64,000 nucleotides of DNA, taken from the NCBI RefSeq assembly GCF_963921235.1, contig NC_086108.1, positions 43,650,001-43,714,000 on the forward strand, written 5' to 3'. The translations under genes and the position numbers were made by a program. Below the pieces are notes generated by a model. It ran no database searches. It was not told the origin of the DNA and saw only the letters and a program-made list of their open reading frames with translations. Source of the DNA: Mobula hypostoma (taxonomy: Eukaryota). This document shows positions 25,021 through 37,410 of the stretch, piece after piece (position 1 is the first letter of the stretch; the number at the start of each line of letters is the position of its first letter).

Positions 25021-28000
25021 TTAACATCTGGAAAGACAATCAGCAATTACATTATCTTTGCCTTTAATGTGAGTTATCATGAGATCATACTCTTGCAAAA
25101 TCAAACTCCAATCCAGCAACCTTCTATTTTTGTTTTTCAGCTTACTCAAGAACACCAATGGATTATAATCTGTATAAACCACAAGTGGTTTCTGAGCTGT
25201 GCAAACATACACATCTAAAAGCTACAAAGCCAAAATAAGTGATAATAATTCCTTCTCTATGGTGGAACAATTTCTTTGATGCTCATTGAATTTCTTTGAA
25301 AAGTATGCCACAGGATGGTCAACATCATCATAATCATCCCTTTGTAGTAACACTGCTCTGCAGCTTCATCACTGGCATCCACAGCTATGGAGAATGGCTT
25401 GGCAAAATCGGGTGACCTGAGCACAGGTTGGTGACATAAGATGGCTTTCAATTTATCAAATGCCTCCTGACAAGGTTCTGTCCAAACAAACTTTTCACCC
25501 TTCTTCAGGAGGTTAGTCAATGGGAGAACAATATCAGCAAAGTTCTTACAGAACTTGCGATAATATCTGGCCATTCCCAGAAATCTTCTAAGAGCCCTTT
25601 TCCTGGTTGGAATGGGATCCTCAGAAATTGCCTGAACAGGAGCCAACCTGCCTTGACCTACAACATAACTAAGATAGGTCACAGTGGCATGGCCAAATTC
25701 ACTCTTAGCTAGGTTAATTGTAAGGTTGGCTTTAGAGAGCCTTTCGAACAGCTTTTCCACTGCAGAGATATGGGCTTCCCGGGTGTCATTCCCTGTGACT
25801 AAATCATCAATATAGGCATCTGTGTGTTCTAACCCTTGAATTACAGAATTAATAATTCTCCGGAATGTTCCCAGAGCATTTTTCATTCCAAATGGCAGAA
25901 CATTGTTTTCATACAACCCAGAAGGCGTCACAAAGGCAGAAATTTCTCTACCTCTATCGGTTAATGGAACACACCAATATCCTTTTAACAGATCAATCTT
26001 TGTAAGAAACTTGGCTTGTAGAGGGTTTGTTTGTACAGGAAACGAAACAAGCACTTTATTTCTCAGCTTGAATGACTTCATTCTGGCTTGTTTATCATAC
26101 TTAGTTTTCATCCTTTCCTGGCTGATTTTAGATTCTCCTTTGCAAGGTTGCAAGCCCTTTGCAATTTGTCTTTGAACTTCAAGACATAATCTAGAAAATT
26201 AACATGCAAGTCATTGTTAACCCACTGTTCCTTTAACAATGCCAAAGGTCCTCAGACCTGGTGACCAAACACAAGTTCAAAGGGACTAAAGCCTAGGGAC
26301 TCTTGTACTGACTTCCTTACTGCAAATAAAAGCAAATGAACTCCCTTATCCCAATCCTTCTCATTTTCAATACAGAATGTCCTAATCATGGTTTTGAGGG
26401 TAGAGTGGAATCTCTCTAAGGCCTCTTGGAATTCTGGTTGATACGCAGATGATGTAATCTGTTTGGCTCCCAGTTTGTAAACTACCTGCTGGAATAATCC
26501 TGACATAAAATTACTCCCTTGATCAGACTGAATTTCTTTAGGCAAACCAAATAAACAAAAAACTTTACGACAGCCTGCGACACAATTTTGGCTTTTATCT
26601 TTCTGAGAGGTATTGCTCTGGAAATCTAGATGCTGTACACATGACAGTTAGCAAATATTGATGACCAGCTTCAGACTTTGGCAATGGGCCAACACAATCC
26701 ACAATAACTTTAGAAAAGGGTTCACCAAATGCAGGAATAGGCTGCAGTGGGGCCACTGGGGTGTCCTGATTAGGTTTACCCACAACCTGACAAGTGTGAC
26801 AAGTCCTGCAAAATGTTGCAACATCTTTCCTCAAACTAGGCCAGAAGAATTGTTTTAAAACTTTGTTCACATTTTTATTCACACCTAGATGGCCATTCAA
26901 GGGTTTACTGTGGGCCAAAGTTAAACTCTCTTTCTTATAGGCTTTAGGAACTACAACCTGGTGAACAATTGCCCATTCCTCATTTGCAGGAACATCAGGT
27001 GGTCTCCACTTCCTCATTAACACTCTATCTTTGAAATAATACCCTACTGGCACTTTATCAATCTCCTCACCAGAGAGAGCTTTTTCTCTTAAAGCTTCAA
27101 TCTCAGGGTCCCTGCTCTGTTCTGCTATAAACTCCTTCCTAGACAGAGATAAACCAGATTTAATACCTGGATCCTGGTGAAACAATGAAGGTAGAAAAGT
27201 CCCTGACAAGTCATCAAAATCTGATTCCCTATTTGGGCTATCATGAGTAGCCGAATCATGCTGCACAGGACCATCTGCATTGGCAAGTTTCTTGGCACTA
27301 GCTCAAGTTACTGCACACGAGGGGTAAATGATAGGGTCTATCTTTGAATCATCATTGATAGGCTTAGTTGTCAGCTGCACTGCAGGAACAACTTTACCAC
27401 CTGCTAGGTCATTCCCTAACAATAAAGAAACACCTTCCACCGGTAAACTGGGTCGTAGTTCTATTTTAACGAGTCCTGAAACTAACTCTGACTTCAAAAT
27501 TATCTTGTGCAGAGGTACAGAAACAACATCGCACCCAATAACTTGAATAAGATTTACCTCACCAGTGGAAGTTTCATCATCAAACTTCAGAACACTGTCT
27601 AACATAAGTGACTGGGAAGCCCCAGTATCTCAAAGAATTTTCACCAGTACCAGGGTTGACCCTTCCTTTACTGAAACAAACCCATTTGACGTAAAATGAA
27701 GAAATTCTTTTCTAACCTGACCAGACGTTTTAGCCTTTGACAGAGCTTTGTCAGAACGTTCAGAACCCTGTGGATTCACAGGTGTTTCAACATTTTGAAC
27801 ACAGGCATCTGGAACTGCCTCATTTTCCTCCTTATTTTTCAGAAGGAAACAGTTAGCCATAACATGACCAGGTTTCCTACAATAGTGACAAGTAGGACCA
27901 AGGCCTTCTCCTTTAGTTGTTTCCCTTCATCCTTACCTTTGTCACTAAACCCAGATTTGATTTCTGGTTTACCCTGACTATCCATGATACTCTTTTGGAA

Positions 28001-28963
28001 GGTCTTACTCGGGGTAAACTTAATCTTGTGGGTTAAGGCAAACTTATCTGCTAATTTAGCAAACTCTTGCAAAGTGGTGGCATCCTTTACATCTAAGTAT
28101 GCCTTTATATCATTATGGACACACTTTTAAATTCTTCAATTAAAATTAACTCTTTCAGTTTCTCAAAATTACCATCCACATTTTTAGGTGTGCACCATCT
28201 TTCAAAACACACAGATTTCTCATAAGCGAATTCCACATAAGTCTGGTTCACAGATTTCCTCAAATTTCTAAAGCTTTGCCTTTTGGCTTCTGGAACTAAT
28301 TCATAGGCTTTAAGTACAGCCCGTTTCACGATCTCATAATTAGCTGCATCTCCATTTGATAAGGCAGACTAAGCCTGTTGAGCCTTACCCTTAATTACAC
28401 TCTGTAACAAGAGAGGCCAGCTTTCTTTCAGCCACTTTAGGCTCTGAGCAACCTTCTCAAAATGTTGAAAGTATTTATCAACCTCAGTTTCATCAAACAG
28501 AGGGACCAATTTAAGTTCCTGGCTGGCAATAAACGGTACAACCAGCTCCTTAGAGCCAGCAACTTCTCTCTTGAGCCTTAGCTTATCCATTTCAAATCAC
28601 CTCTGTCTTTCTGCTTCCTCCCTTTGTTTGTCTGCTTCTCTAGCATCAAATTGCCTTTCTCTTTCTTTAGCCTCAGCCTCTAATTTAAATCCTTCAAACT
28701 TCATTTGTTCCAGTCATAACTAGATCTCCTCTTTACTTATAGGAAACCTCTAACACCTCCTCATCAAACTGCTTCGTAGATATATAGTGCTCAACTATTT
28801 TCCTCTGAACCTCTGACTTTTTCATACCCCGCTTTACCTCTGTAAGGTTCAGCTCATTAGCAATGGTCAACAATTCATCCTTTTTGGCTTTCTCTGTCTC
28901 AGGGGTTGGCAATATCAGAAATTCCCCAGCATCCATTGCTGCTAGTTTCTCCACACAAGTCAA
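25021..28963 (-). pseudogene. Frameshifted gag-pol of the second Gmr1-like element
   Basis: Gag (FQHFEKVA, AYELVPEA, FERWC, LILIEEFK), PR (LLLGNDLAGG), INT (H..GH..CRTCHTC, VIVDCVGPLP, IQSDQGSNF, LERFHSTLK), RT (IDLLKGYW, PFGMKNA, YIDD), RNase H (VDASD, VYTDYNPL, NVIADCLSR). Confidence 0.9.
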
Positions 28964-29044
28964 TCAAAAGCGTAGTAGGCAATGAGTTCGATAATCAATC
29001 AATAAGCTCCAATTTTGTTCATTTCGTGGACGAGCGCCCAATTT

Positions 29045-29738
29045 TGTTACTATTTCGTGATGTACCAGCAGCAAGAGATGACAAATTGAGTCGAGTTTTA
29101 ATATTAAAACCACTATATTTATTTACATTTACTCAAAAATATAGAAAATTAAATAAATGACTTTCTTAAACGGAAGTTAATAGCATTGTGTCTATAGCTC
29201 CCTTGCAGTCAAACTTAGAACTCGTTCTTAACAAATCTTACTCAAGCACAGTCTTAAAGTGGCAGTTCAAAGTCCCAGTAATTCACGAAATAGGTGAGAG
29301 GAGAGATTTGTGGATTCACAATGCAGCGACAAAGCGATCATGACAAATTCCAAAGATTCCACGGCTAGCGAACGATGAAACGGTTACCGATGATCCCAGC
29401 TGAGGAATACCGTTCCGAAGTCCACGAAGAGCAATTTCACAAAGTGACTGTCATGAAATCCACACCCATGGATCAATACGAAGGACAGATATGCCTCCAC
29501 AATGCACAGTGTGCCGCTGATTAACCCAATCCTTTGGGTATGGGTAAGCATTAGACTTTACCCTTCTCGATCGTGAGCTGTTCCCGGATAGCTCAAAGTG
29601 CAGCTTTCACTCTTTCCTTCGACTCCTTCTCAGCACTATGCCCACATTTCTTTTATATCGTCGGCATACATCATAAGATAACACTCACAGAAACAAAACT
29701 ATGGACTCCCAGGAAAATGAAACTGTGGACACGTAACA
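29045..29738 (-). repeat. 5' LTR of the second Gmr1-like element
   Basis: Diverged direct repeat of 24152-24852; followed on the minus strand by AAAT and the PBS TGGGCGCTCGTCCACGAA. Confidence 0.88.
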
Positions 29739-32216
29739 ATGCTAACATCACATTTGTCTTCCTCACCACAGACTCAACCTGCAAATTAACCTTTAGGGAA
29801 TCCTGTACAAGGACTCCCAAGTTCTTTTGTACCTCCGATTTTTTAATTTTCTCTCCATGTAGAAAATAGTCAACCCTTTCATTTCTTCTACCATACACTT
29901 CCTGACATTGTAATCCTTCTTCCACTTCTTTGACCATTCTCCTAATCTGTCGAAGTCCTTCTGTAGCCTCCCTACTTCCTCAAAATAACCTGCCCTTCCA
30001 CATATCTTCATATCATCCATAAACTGTACAACAAAGCCATAATTTCTATTATCCAAGTCATTGACATTTAACATAAAAAGAACCAGTCCTAACACAGATC
30101 CCTATGGAACACCACTAGTCACCAGCAGCCAACCAGAAAATGCTCCCTTTGTTTCCACTCTTTACCTCCTGCATCAGCCACTGCTTTATTTATACTAGTA
30201 TCTTTCCTGTAGTACCATGGGCTCTTATATTGTTAAGCAGCCTCATGCCAAAGGCTTTCTGAAAGTCCAAGCACACAACATCCACTGATTCTCCTTTTCT
30301 ATCCTGCTTGTTAATTCTTTAAAGAATTCCAACAGATTTGTCAGGCAAGATTTTCCCTTGAGGAAACCATGCTGACTACAGCCTATTTTAACATGTGCTT
30401 CCAAGCACCATCACTCCAGTTCCCATTCCCCTGCAAATTAGTTTAAACTCTCCCATTTAAACTAATACAGGTCCAGGTACAATCTCTGGAAAGTCATCTC
30501 ATGAGCAAAGTGGCAATTGTGGACCAAACTTGAATCACTGAAGGATGCTTGACAAAGTGAATGCTATTACTTCTTACAAAGTGAAAACAAGTGACATAGG
30601 TGAAACAAGGCTTCACTCCCAGATGAGTTCAAAGACTTCTACCCTTGCTTTGACAGTCGAAACGTGGGGGAATCACAGACCCCGATGACCCTGTGATTTT
30701 AGTCTCTGAGGCTGATGTGAGAGCATCTGTCAGGAGAGTAAGCCCACAGAAAGCATCTGGCCTAAGTGGGGTACTTGGCCGAGTACTAAAGACCTGTGCT
30801 GATCAACTGGCTGCGGTGTCCACCGATATCTTTAACTTCTGGCTTCAGCAATCTGAGGTACACACCTGCTTCAAGCAGGATTCAACAATTCAGCTGCCTG
30901 AGAAGGACGTGATAACCTGCCTCAAAGACTATCAGCTATACTGTTGCCCAAGAAGAAACATGGTATCCTGCCTCAATGACTACCATCCACTGTGATGAAG
31001 TGCTTTGAGAGGTTGGTGAGAAAACATATCAACTCCTGCCTGGGGAGCAGCTGGCAGCACTTCAATTTGCCTAGCAGCGCAACAGGTCCACAGCAAATGC
31101 CATTTCATCGGCTCTTCACTCAACCTTGAAGCACCTGGACAGCAACAATGCATACATCAGAATGCTCTTTATTGATTACAGCTCAACATTCAATACTATC
31201 ATCCCCTCAAAACTAATCAATAAACTTCAAGACCTTGGCCTCAATATCTCCTTGTGCAATTGGATCTTTGATTTCCTCACTTGCAAAAGTTTGGATTGGC
31301 AACATCTCCTCCATAATCTTCATCAGCATAGGTGTACAAGGCTGTGAGCTTAACTCCCTGGTCTATTCACTTTATACTTATGACTGTGAGGCTCATTGCT
31401 CCAATGCCATATTTAAAGTTTAATGATGACACCACTGTCATTGGCCGAATCAAGGATAGTGTTGAATCATCGTATAGGAGGGAGATGGAAAATCTGGCTG
31501 AGTTGTGCCACCACAACAACCTCTTACTCAATGTCAGCAATGCCAAGGAGTTGATTGTTGTCTTCAGGAGGAGGAAACCAGAGGACTATGAGCCAGTCCA
31601 CATCAGGGGAACAGAGGTGAAGAGGGTTCAGCAACTTTAAATTCCTTGGTGTTATTATTTCAGAGGGTCTGTCCTGGGCCCAGCATGCAGGTGCAATTAT
31701 AAAGAAAGCATAGCAGTGCCTCTACTGCCTTAGAAGTTTTCCAAGGCTTGGCATGACATCTAAAACTTTGACAAACTTTGATAGATATCTGGTGGAGTGT
31801 GTATTGACTGGTTGCACTATAGCCCAATATGGAAGCACCAATGCCCTTGAATGGAAATCCTAAAAAAAGTAGTGGATACAGCCCATTGCCTCAAAGGTAG
31901 AGCCCTTCCCACTACTGAGCACATCTTCACAGAGCGTTATCACAGGAAGGCAGCATGGAAGACCCTATCTCCCAGGTCATGCTGTCTTCTTGCTGCTGCC
32001 ATCAGGAAGAAATTACAAGAGCTTCAGGACTCACACCACCACCAGCTTCAGGAACAGTTATTACCCCTCAACCATCAGACTGTAAAACCAGTGGGGATAA
32101 CTTCACTCAACTGCACTCCCCCCATCACTGAACAGTTCCCACACTCTCTTTCAAGGTCTTTTCATCTCACCATCCTGATATTTATTGCTTATTTATTTAT
32201 GTCTATTAAGGTAATT

Positions 32217-32964
32217 GTATATCAAGCAGTAGTAAATCAAGGCAAATGGACTTGATGTTTTGTCTAGATGTTTCACCACTCATTCAAGAGACTTATTCAG
32301 ATCTGATCCATGGTGGGTAGTTTTCCAGCTTACAAACTCTGAGTTGTTTAAAGATATAACCATCACATGAGGGTTGTTAAGAGTCATAGTGGTAATGAGA
32401 GGCTCATTAGTCTTATCTTTGCATGAATGGAGGTGTGACCTGTTGTGGAGACACCAGGGAGAGATGTTAGGACTGCATTGTAAGTAGCTGATAGGTGGTG
32501 TCATTACCCCACCCTCCCTGTTCAGGCAATACACACAAAATGCTGGAGGAACTCAGCAGGCCAGGCAGCATCGATGAAAAAAAGTACAGTTGACGTTTCA
32601 GCCCGAAACCCTTCAGTCCAACCGAAGGGTTTCAGCCCGAAACATTGACTGTACTTTTTTCTATAGGTGCTGCCTGGTCTGCTGAGTTCCTCCAGCATTT
32701 TCTGTGCGTTGCTCGGACTTCCAACATCTGCAGATTTTTTCGCGTTTCCCTCTGTTCAGGGATGGGTTTTCCAGTTTGACAAAGATGGCTTCTTTAACCT
32801 CTCTTTCAAACCACCCCTCCTCCCTGTCCAAAATGTGCACATTGTTATCAAAGGACCTCTCATTACCTCTACAACTCTCATGTGATTGCCTCTCGGACGA
32901 ATGCCGAAACGTCTTCTAGACAACACAGCAAGTCCAATTGCCTTGATTTACTACTGCTTGATAT
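32217..32964 (-). mobile_element. Penelope-like element 3' fragment (GIY-YIG C-terminus) with inverted terminal repeats
   Basis: Minus strand ~32750-32855 encodes FDNNVHILDREEGWFEREVKEAIFVKLENPSLNR; 32221-32275 is an inverted copy of 32906-32962. Confidence 0.75.
32527..32747. mobile_element. Palindromic Penelope-type hammerhead-derived element
   Basis: Arms 32527-32614 and 32624-32711 are reverse complements; flanked by CTGTTCAGG (32518-32526, 32752-32760). Confidence 0.8.
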
Positions 32965-34396
32965 TTATTTATTATTTCTGTATTTGCACACTTGGTTATC
33001 TATTGCACATTGCCTGTTTGTCCACTCTGGTGAGTGTGGTTTTTCATTGATTCTATTACGTTTCTTGGATTCACTGAGTATGCCCGGAAGAAAACGAATC
33101 TCCAAGTTGAGTGTGGTGAACCACATGGTCTTCGATAATAAACTTACTTTGAACTTGCAAACTATGGGTGTCATACACGCCATCTGAAGTATTCACTACA
33201 GATATTCACACAGTTTTTCTGCAAGAGCACCTCCCAGAACTGTGACCACTGCTATCCAAGATAAGGGCTTTAATTGCACGGAAGTACAGGTCGACCTTCA
33301 CTAATCCGACTACCTGTAATCCGGCTCCTTCAACAATTCTGCACCGATCATTCTTAATGTGATCCTTCTGTAATTCGGCATTTTCACTAATCCAGCACTC
33401 CTCAGGTCCCAATGGTGCTGGATTAATGAAGGTTGACCCGTACTTCCACCTACAGTTCTTTTCTGGTATCCCTTGGTAGATTTATCAAAGAAAAGAAATA
33501 CACACTAACAGAAGGACTACATGAAGATTGTTAGATTTTACGAACAAAGTGAGATTGTTCCCAGCTTTTTCAAAGTTGCACCACAACAGCACTGAGAGCC
33601 GATGACTAAGGAAAACAGTTATAGAAAACTTCAGGACTGATAAAGAAATCATTGAAAATAATTTCAAAACAGAATTCCATCTTCTAAACAATATGGAGGC
33701 AACAGATATGAGAAATGGAGCATGGGATAGGGTGAATTTGAGGAGGAAGTAAAAGTGAAAAATAGAAAGAGAGAAGATATATTCCTGCATTATGCAAGAT
33801 TTATTAATTCACTAAATGTATACTCATAATAGTGTCCTGAGAATATATAATGTTCAAGTCAACAATATTACATTTTTAAAAAATTACAAGACATGAGTGA
33901 AATAAAGCAGATCCAAAGAAGCAGAGTAATTATACATATAACCATTCAAAGTATCTTTACAATGGGTACAACAGTCCAATGATTGGTAAAGATGCTATTA
34001 CTGTAACAGTACAAAATTGGCCGCTCCACACGCTAACTGCAATAGCTGTTTTAAACTCCATAAGACCATGACTGCCTCAGACAGAAAGGATAATGGTAGT
34101 TATTAAAATAGCAAAATGCTCACAATTAAAGCATCTGCAGGACAGTTACAGGAAGGCTTATAGCAGTTGTAAAATCTACAGAGTTACACAATACAGCATC
34201 TGTCCCAATAATGTCACCTCACATTAAATGTGGAAACAAAATATTCACTCCTAGTGCATCTCTCTCCGCTGAACAAGCAGAGGAAAAGCATCATTGCTTT
34301 CAAAAATCAGAGGCCAATGTTTGTGTCCTTTCTCCACCGCGCTGCATAATATTTGTAATCACAACTGATGCACTAGCAGTTGTTCAAAACTATGCT

Positions 34397-34888
34397 TCAG
34401 CTTTTTGCTTTGTGATTTGCATAGTTAGGAAACCCAAACTGTGAGATCATGATATTGGAGTATTTCAAAGGCATGCTGCCATAGATAGCAGCCAACTGAT
34501 TCAAACACCATGATCTCTGAAGCAGATGCTCTGCACGATGCCACATCCCATTGAAACCACTATTGGAATCTTTCTCCAGATTCCTCATGTCCACTGGCTT
34601 CACAAACACTCCTGATGGCTTCCCAGTGTACTTTGCAACTATGAAGTTCATGGCAATATCATCACAATTTTGTGTTTTGTCTATTAAAGTGTGGACAGAT
34701 GGGAGCTGGACTTTAAATTTCTCAAGATAACCAGCATGGAAAAATGCAGCTCCAATCAGCACCATGGAATAGTAGTCACCAATTCTACCTGCTGCATTCT
34801 GGAGCTCAAAACTCCCATAACTATAAACTCCTGAAGAAGTTGTGACGTGCTTTCGAGGGACAAAGCCCACTATTTGATCTGGGAATTG
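34397..34888 (-). CDS. EXTL2: Exostosin-like glycosyltransferase 2, last coding exon
   Basis: Acceptor TTTGTTTTTCAG; QFPDQIVGFVPRKH..YSMVLIGAAFF..QNCDDIAMNF..MWHRAEHLLQRS..YSNIMISQFGFP; TGA at 34397-34399. Confidence 0.96.
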   Translation of the reverse strand, partial: QFPDQIVGFVPRKHVTTSSGVYSYGSFELQNAAGRIGDYYSMVLIGAAFFHAGYLEKFKVQLPSVHTLIDKTQNCDDIAMNFIVAKYTGKPSGVFVKPVDMRNLEKDSNSGFNGMWHRAEHLLQRSWCLNQLAAIYGSMPLKYSNIMISQFGFPNYANHKAKS

Positions 34889-36181
34889 CTGAAAAACAAA
34901 AAATAATGCTCAGTTTAAAAAAAAATACTCCAAGAACATGTTTTTAAAAATTACTCACACAAAAATTAGCCGCCATCACAGCTAATCTGGTTTAAATTTC
35001 AATCACCTAGGTCAAATACTTCTTAATATTTTATATATACTGATGAGGTTTCTTCTTAACCACCAGCTCCCCAAAGTTAACAATTCAGTGTGATCTAATC
35101 TAACAAACCCCTCCTCTACAGCTGTTTTCGCATTTTTCTCTGCACCTAGCCATGTAGAGAATGAGGAAATAGCTATGGAAATAAAAGTGAAGGAGTTATG
35201 ATGGTAAAAATATAGAGAGTAATTAAATATCTTCACCATCTTTTGAGAAATAAATTGATGAGGTTAAGAACTGAAATACACAGAATCTGAATGTTACACC
35301 CTGGCAGATGGTAGATGCAGAGGTTATGATCTTACAAAGATCTTCTGATTTTACAAAAGTATCATAGGACTGGAAAACGGCTAGCTAAATACCTTTATTT
35401 GAAAAGGATGAAGACAAAAAGTGGATAACTTCAGGGTAGTTAGCCCAAAGGTCATAGTTGTGAACATCTTCAAGGGGCCATATAACAATCTACTGCACTG
35501 CTAAAACTTTATCTCAGAGTCAGATTTATTATCACCGGCATTTGACATGAAATTCGTTAATGCAGGCAATGGGAGAATCATCCCTCTTGTGCTTCTTCAT
35601 CTTGTCACTCGAGATTCAGTGTCACACAACCCTACCACTTTGATCTCCGGGATTTTAGAAGATCCTTATGGGATGTCAAAGAGTAATATTTACCTGAAAA
35701 TCTCTACTTTATAAACTGAAATTGATTGTGGGAATTTTTTTTTAAATCTCAGTACAAAAACCTTTTAGTAATAAACTAAAGGTCCTTGGATCATTAAATT
35801 TTTCAACTGTATGTTTAATAATCTGATATTTAAAATTAACTCCATAAAAATGTAAGAGTTAACAGAGTTACCGTGAGAATGTAAATTATCTCTAGTTATC
35901 ACACTAATGCACTTATCACACTACTTAGGGAGTGCAAATATTAAAGACTTTTGTTAGCTTATCCCAATTTATTATGAAGACATCATTTCCTGTGTGATTG
36001 CATTTCCTACCAATGTTTTCAGGTTTCAATTTTTTCTTGAACAGAAGCACAAATTGGAGACAGGTTCAGTACAATATGTTTACAAGCTAATTCAGAAAAA
36101 AAAGATACTTATTTGATATCTTAACACATTCTGCACATTAAGCAAGTTATCCTCTAAATCAGGAAATATTTAAAAACATAC

Positions 36182-36252
36182 CTGCCACACAGAAAAGGCA
36201 AAATCAAGGTCGTAGGCACTAATTAAAATATCGTCATCAACCATCAAAACAG
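36182..36252 (-). CDS. EXTL2: EXTL2 71-nt internal coding exon containing the DxD motif
   Basis: Acceptor TTCTTCTTGACAG, donor CAG|GTATGT; encodes (A)VLMVDDDILISAYDLDFAFSVWQ; phases match both neighbours. Confidence 0.95.
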
Positions 36253-37211
36253 CTGTCAAGAAGAAAAAAAAAGTCAGTACTTTAATAACATGGGCATCAC
36301 AGAATTCTCAACATGCCTCAGAGATTAGACAGAAATCAAGAATTAAAAAAAGCAAACAAGAGAAAATCTGCAGATGTTGGAAATCCAAAAAGCTCTGTAT
36401 TACTTCCCTTTCCAAATTTATTCATTTTGTAGATTTTCATCCCTATCCACTGACTACCCCTTGCCCATCTGCATTATTTTTCTATTGCTGCGTTGAATTT
36501 ATTTTCACAGCCACTTTAATGGTTTCATATTATGGCAGGTTATGCTCAGACTCCAAAGGTTTTGGGTGAAGGTTTTCTTTTCAGCATACTGCTAACTGCC
36601 TACTTAAGTATCAACTCAGATTTTAACATTCCATCACAATGAAATTTTTGAATGAAATAATTCTAATCATAATCTTGAACAATAAATTCAGAGACTTTGA
36701 AACATTTCTGAAAAGAAAACAAGAAAATAGGAGCAAAAGTAGGCCACCAGATCTCTCAGGTCTGCAACATCATCCAGTATGATTTTGGCTGATCTAACAT
36801 ATTATAGGTTTCAACAACTCCTCTGTCACTGTAGCTCTCAATTTTTTGGAAAGGTATCTACCTTCACTTTAAATAATTCTATTGAGCTAGAATCCACAAC
36901 TCTCTGGCGGGGGTGGGGGGGGGGCGTTCATTACCTTCTATGAGAAGAAATTTATACCTAGTTTGTTTTCAAATAACTATCTCCTTATACTGAATCTATG
37001 TCCCATCATTTGAGACTCATGCTAATATGTCAACATTCAACTCATGCCCTGAGGATCTGATGCTGCAATAGGATTACCCCTCTTTCTTCTAAACTCCTAA
37101 GAATACATGACCTATTTAGTGTTTTTTGTTAGGACATTGCTCTCATACCAGGAATTAGCTCGATGAAACTTATTTTGAATGGCCTCAAATGATACCACAT
37201 CCTTTCTTATG

Positions 37212-37410
37212 TTGTTCCTTTCCCTGCCTTGTGGCACATTGGGTGACAATCTTGCCATTTCTTTAGCACTTCTGCTTGTTTTTTTTTCCACAAGGCCGAG
37301 TTGCTAGCTCGACACTCAACCCAGTACGGATGGAAAGCGTGCAAGGAGCCGGTCGGATTCGAACCCGGGACCACTTGCCTCCAAGTCCGGTGCTATACCA
37401 CCGGCCAGCT
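37212..37410 (-). mobile_element. tRNA-derived SINE in an EXTL2 intron, inserted into an old CR1 remnant
   Basis: B box GGTTCGAATCC (37355-37365, minus); 14-bp TSD CATCCTTTCTTATG at 37198-37211 and 37411-37424. Confidence 0.85.

Larger units (their letters stand above)
24152..29738 (-). mobile_element. Gmr1-like Gypsy LTR retrotransposon with both LTRs (gag-PR-INT-RT-RNaseH), defective
   Basis: LTRs 24152-24852 and ~29045/29056-29738; 4-bp TSD ATGC (24148-24151, 29739-29742); PPT adjacent to 24853; tRNA-Pro-like PBS 29023-29040; many stops and frameshifts. Confidence 0.93.
23527..30460 (-). mobile_element. CR1/HER1-like LINE fragment, split by the Gypsy element (parts 23527-24151 and 29739-~30460)
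   Basis: SKTREHSLRI..FSQRVVNLWNSLP at the 3' end; QFMDDMKI..RLQKDFDRLGEW in the second part; host sequence joins across the ATGC TSD. Confidence 0.8.
22390..32200 (+). mobile_element. Degenerate near-full-length Rex1/Babar-like LINE, split by nested CR1 and Gypsy insertions (parts ~22390-23526 and ~30465-32200)
   Basis: EN fragments (ILLANVQS..FMETWL; FGKSDHLAV) then RT fragments ([34 protein letters not shown]); direct repeat ATACAGG at 23520-23526 and 30465-30471. Confidence 0.75.

Noticed and set aside
37340..37410. tRNA gene candidate (GGTTCGAATCC)
   Set aside because: D-arm region is incomplete and the sequence is the head of a TSD-flanked SINE
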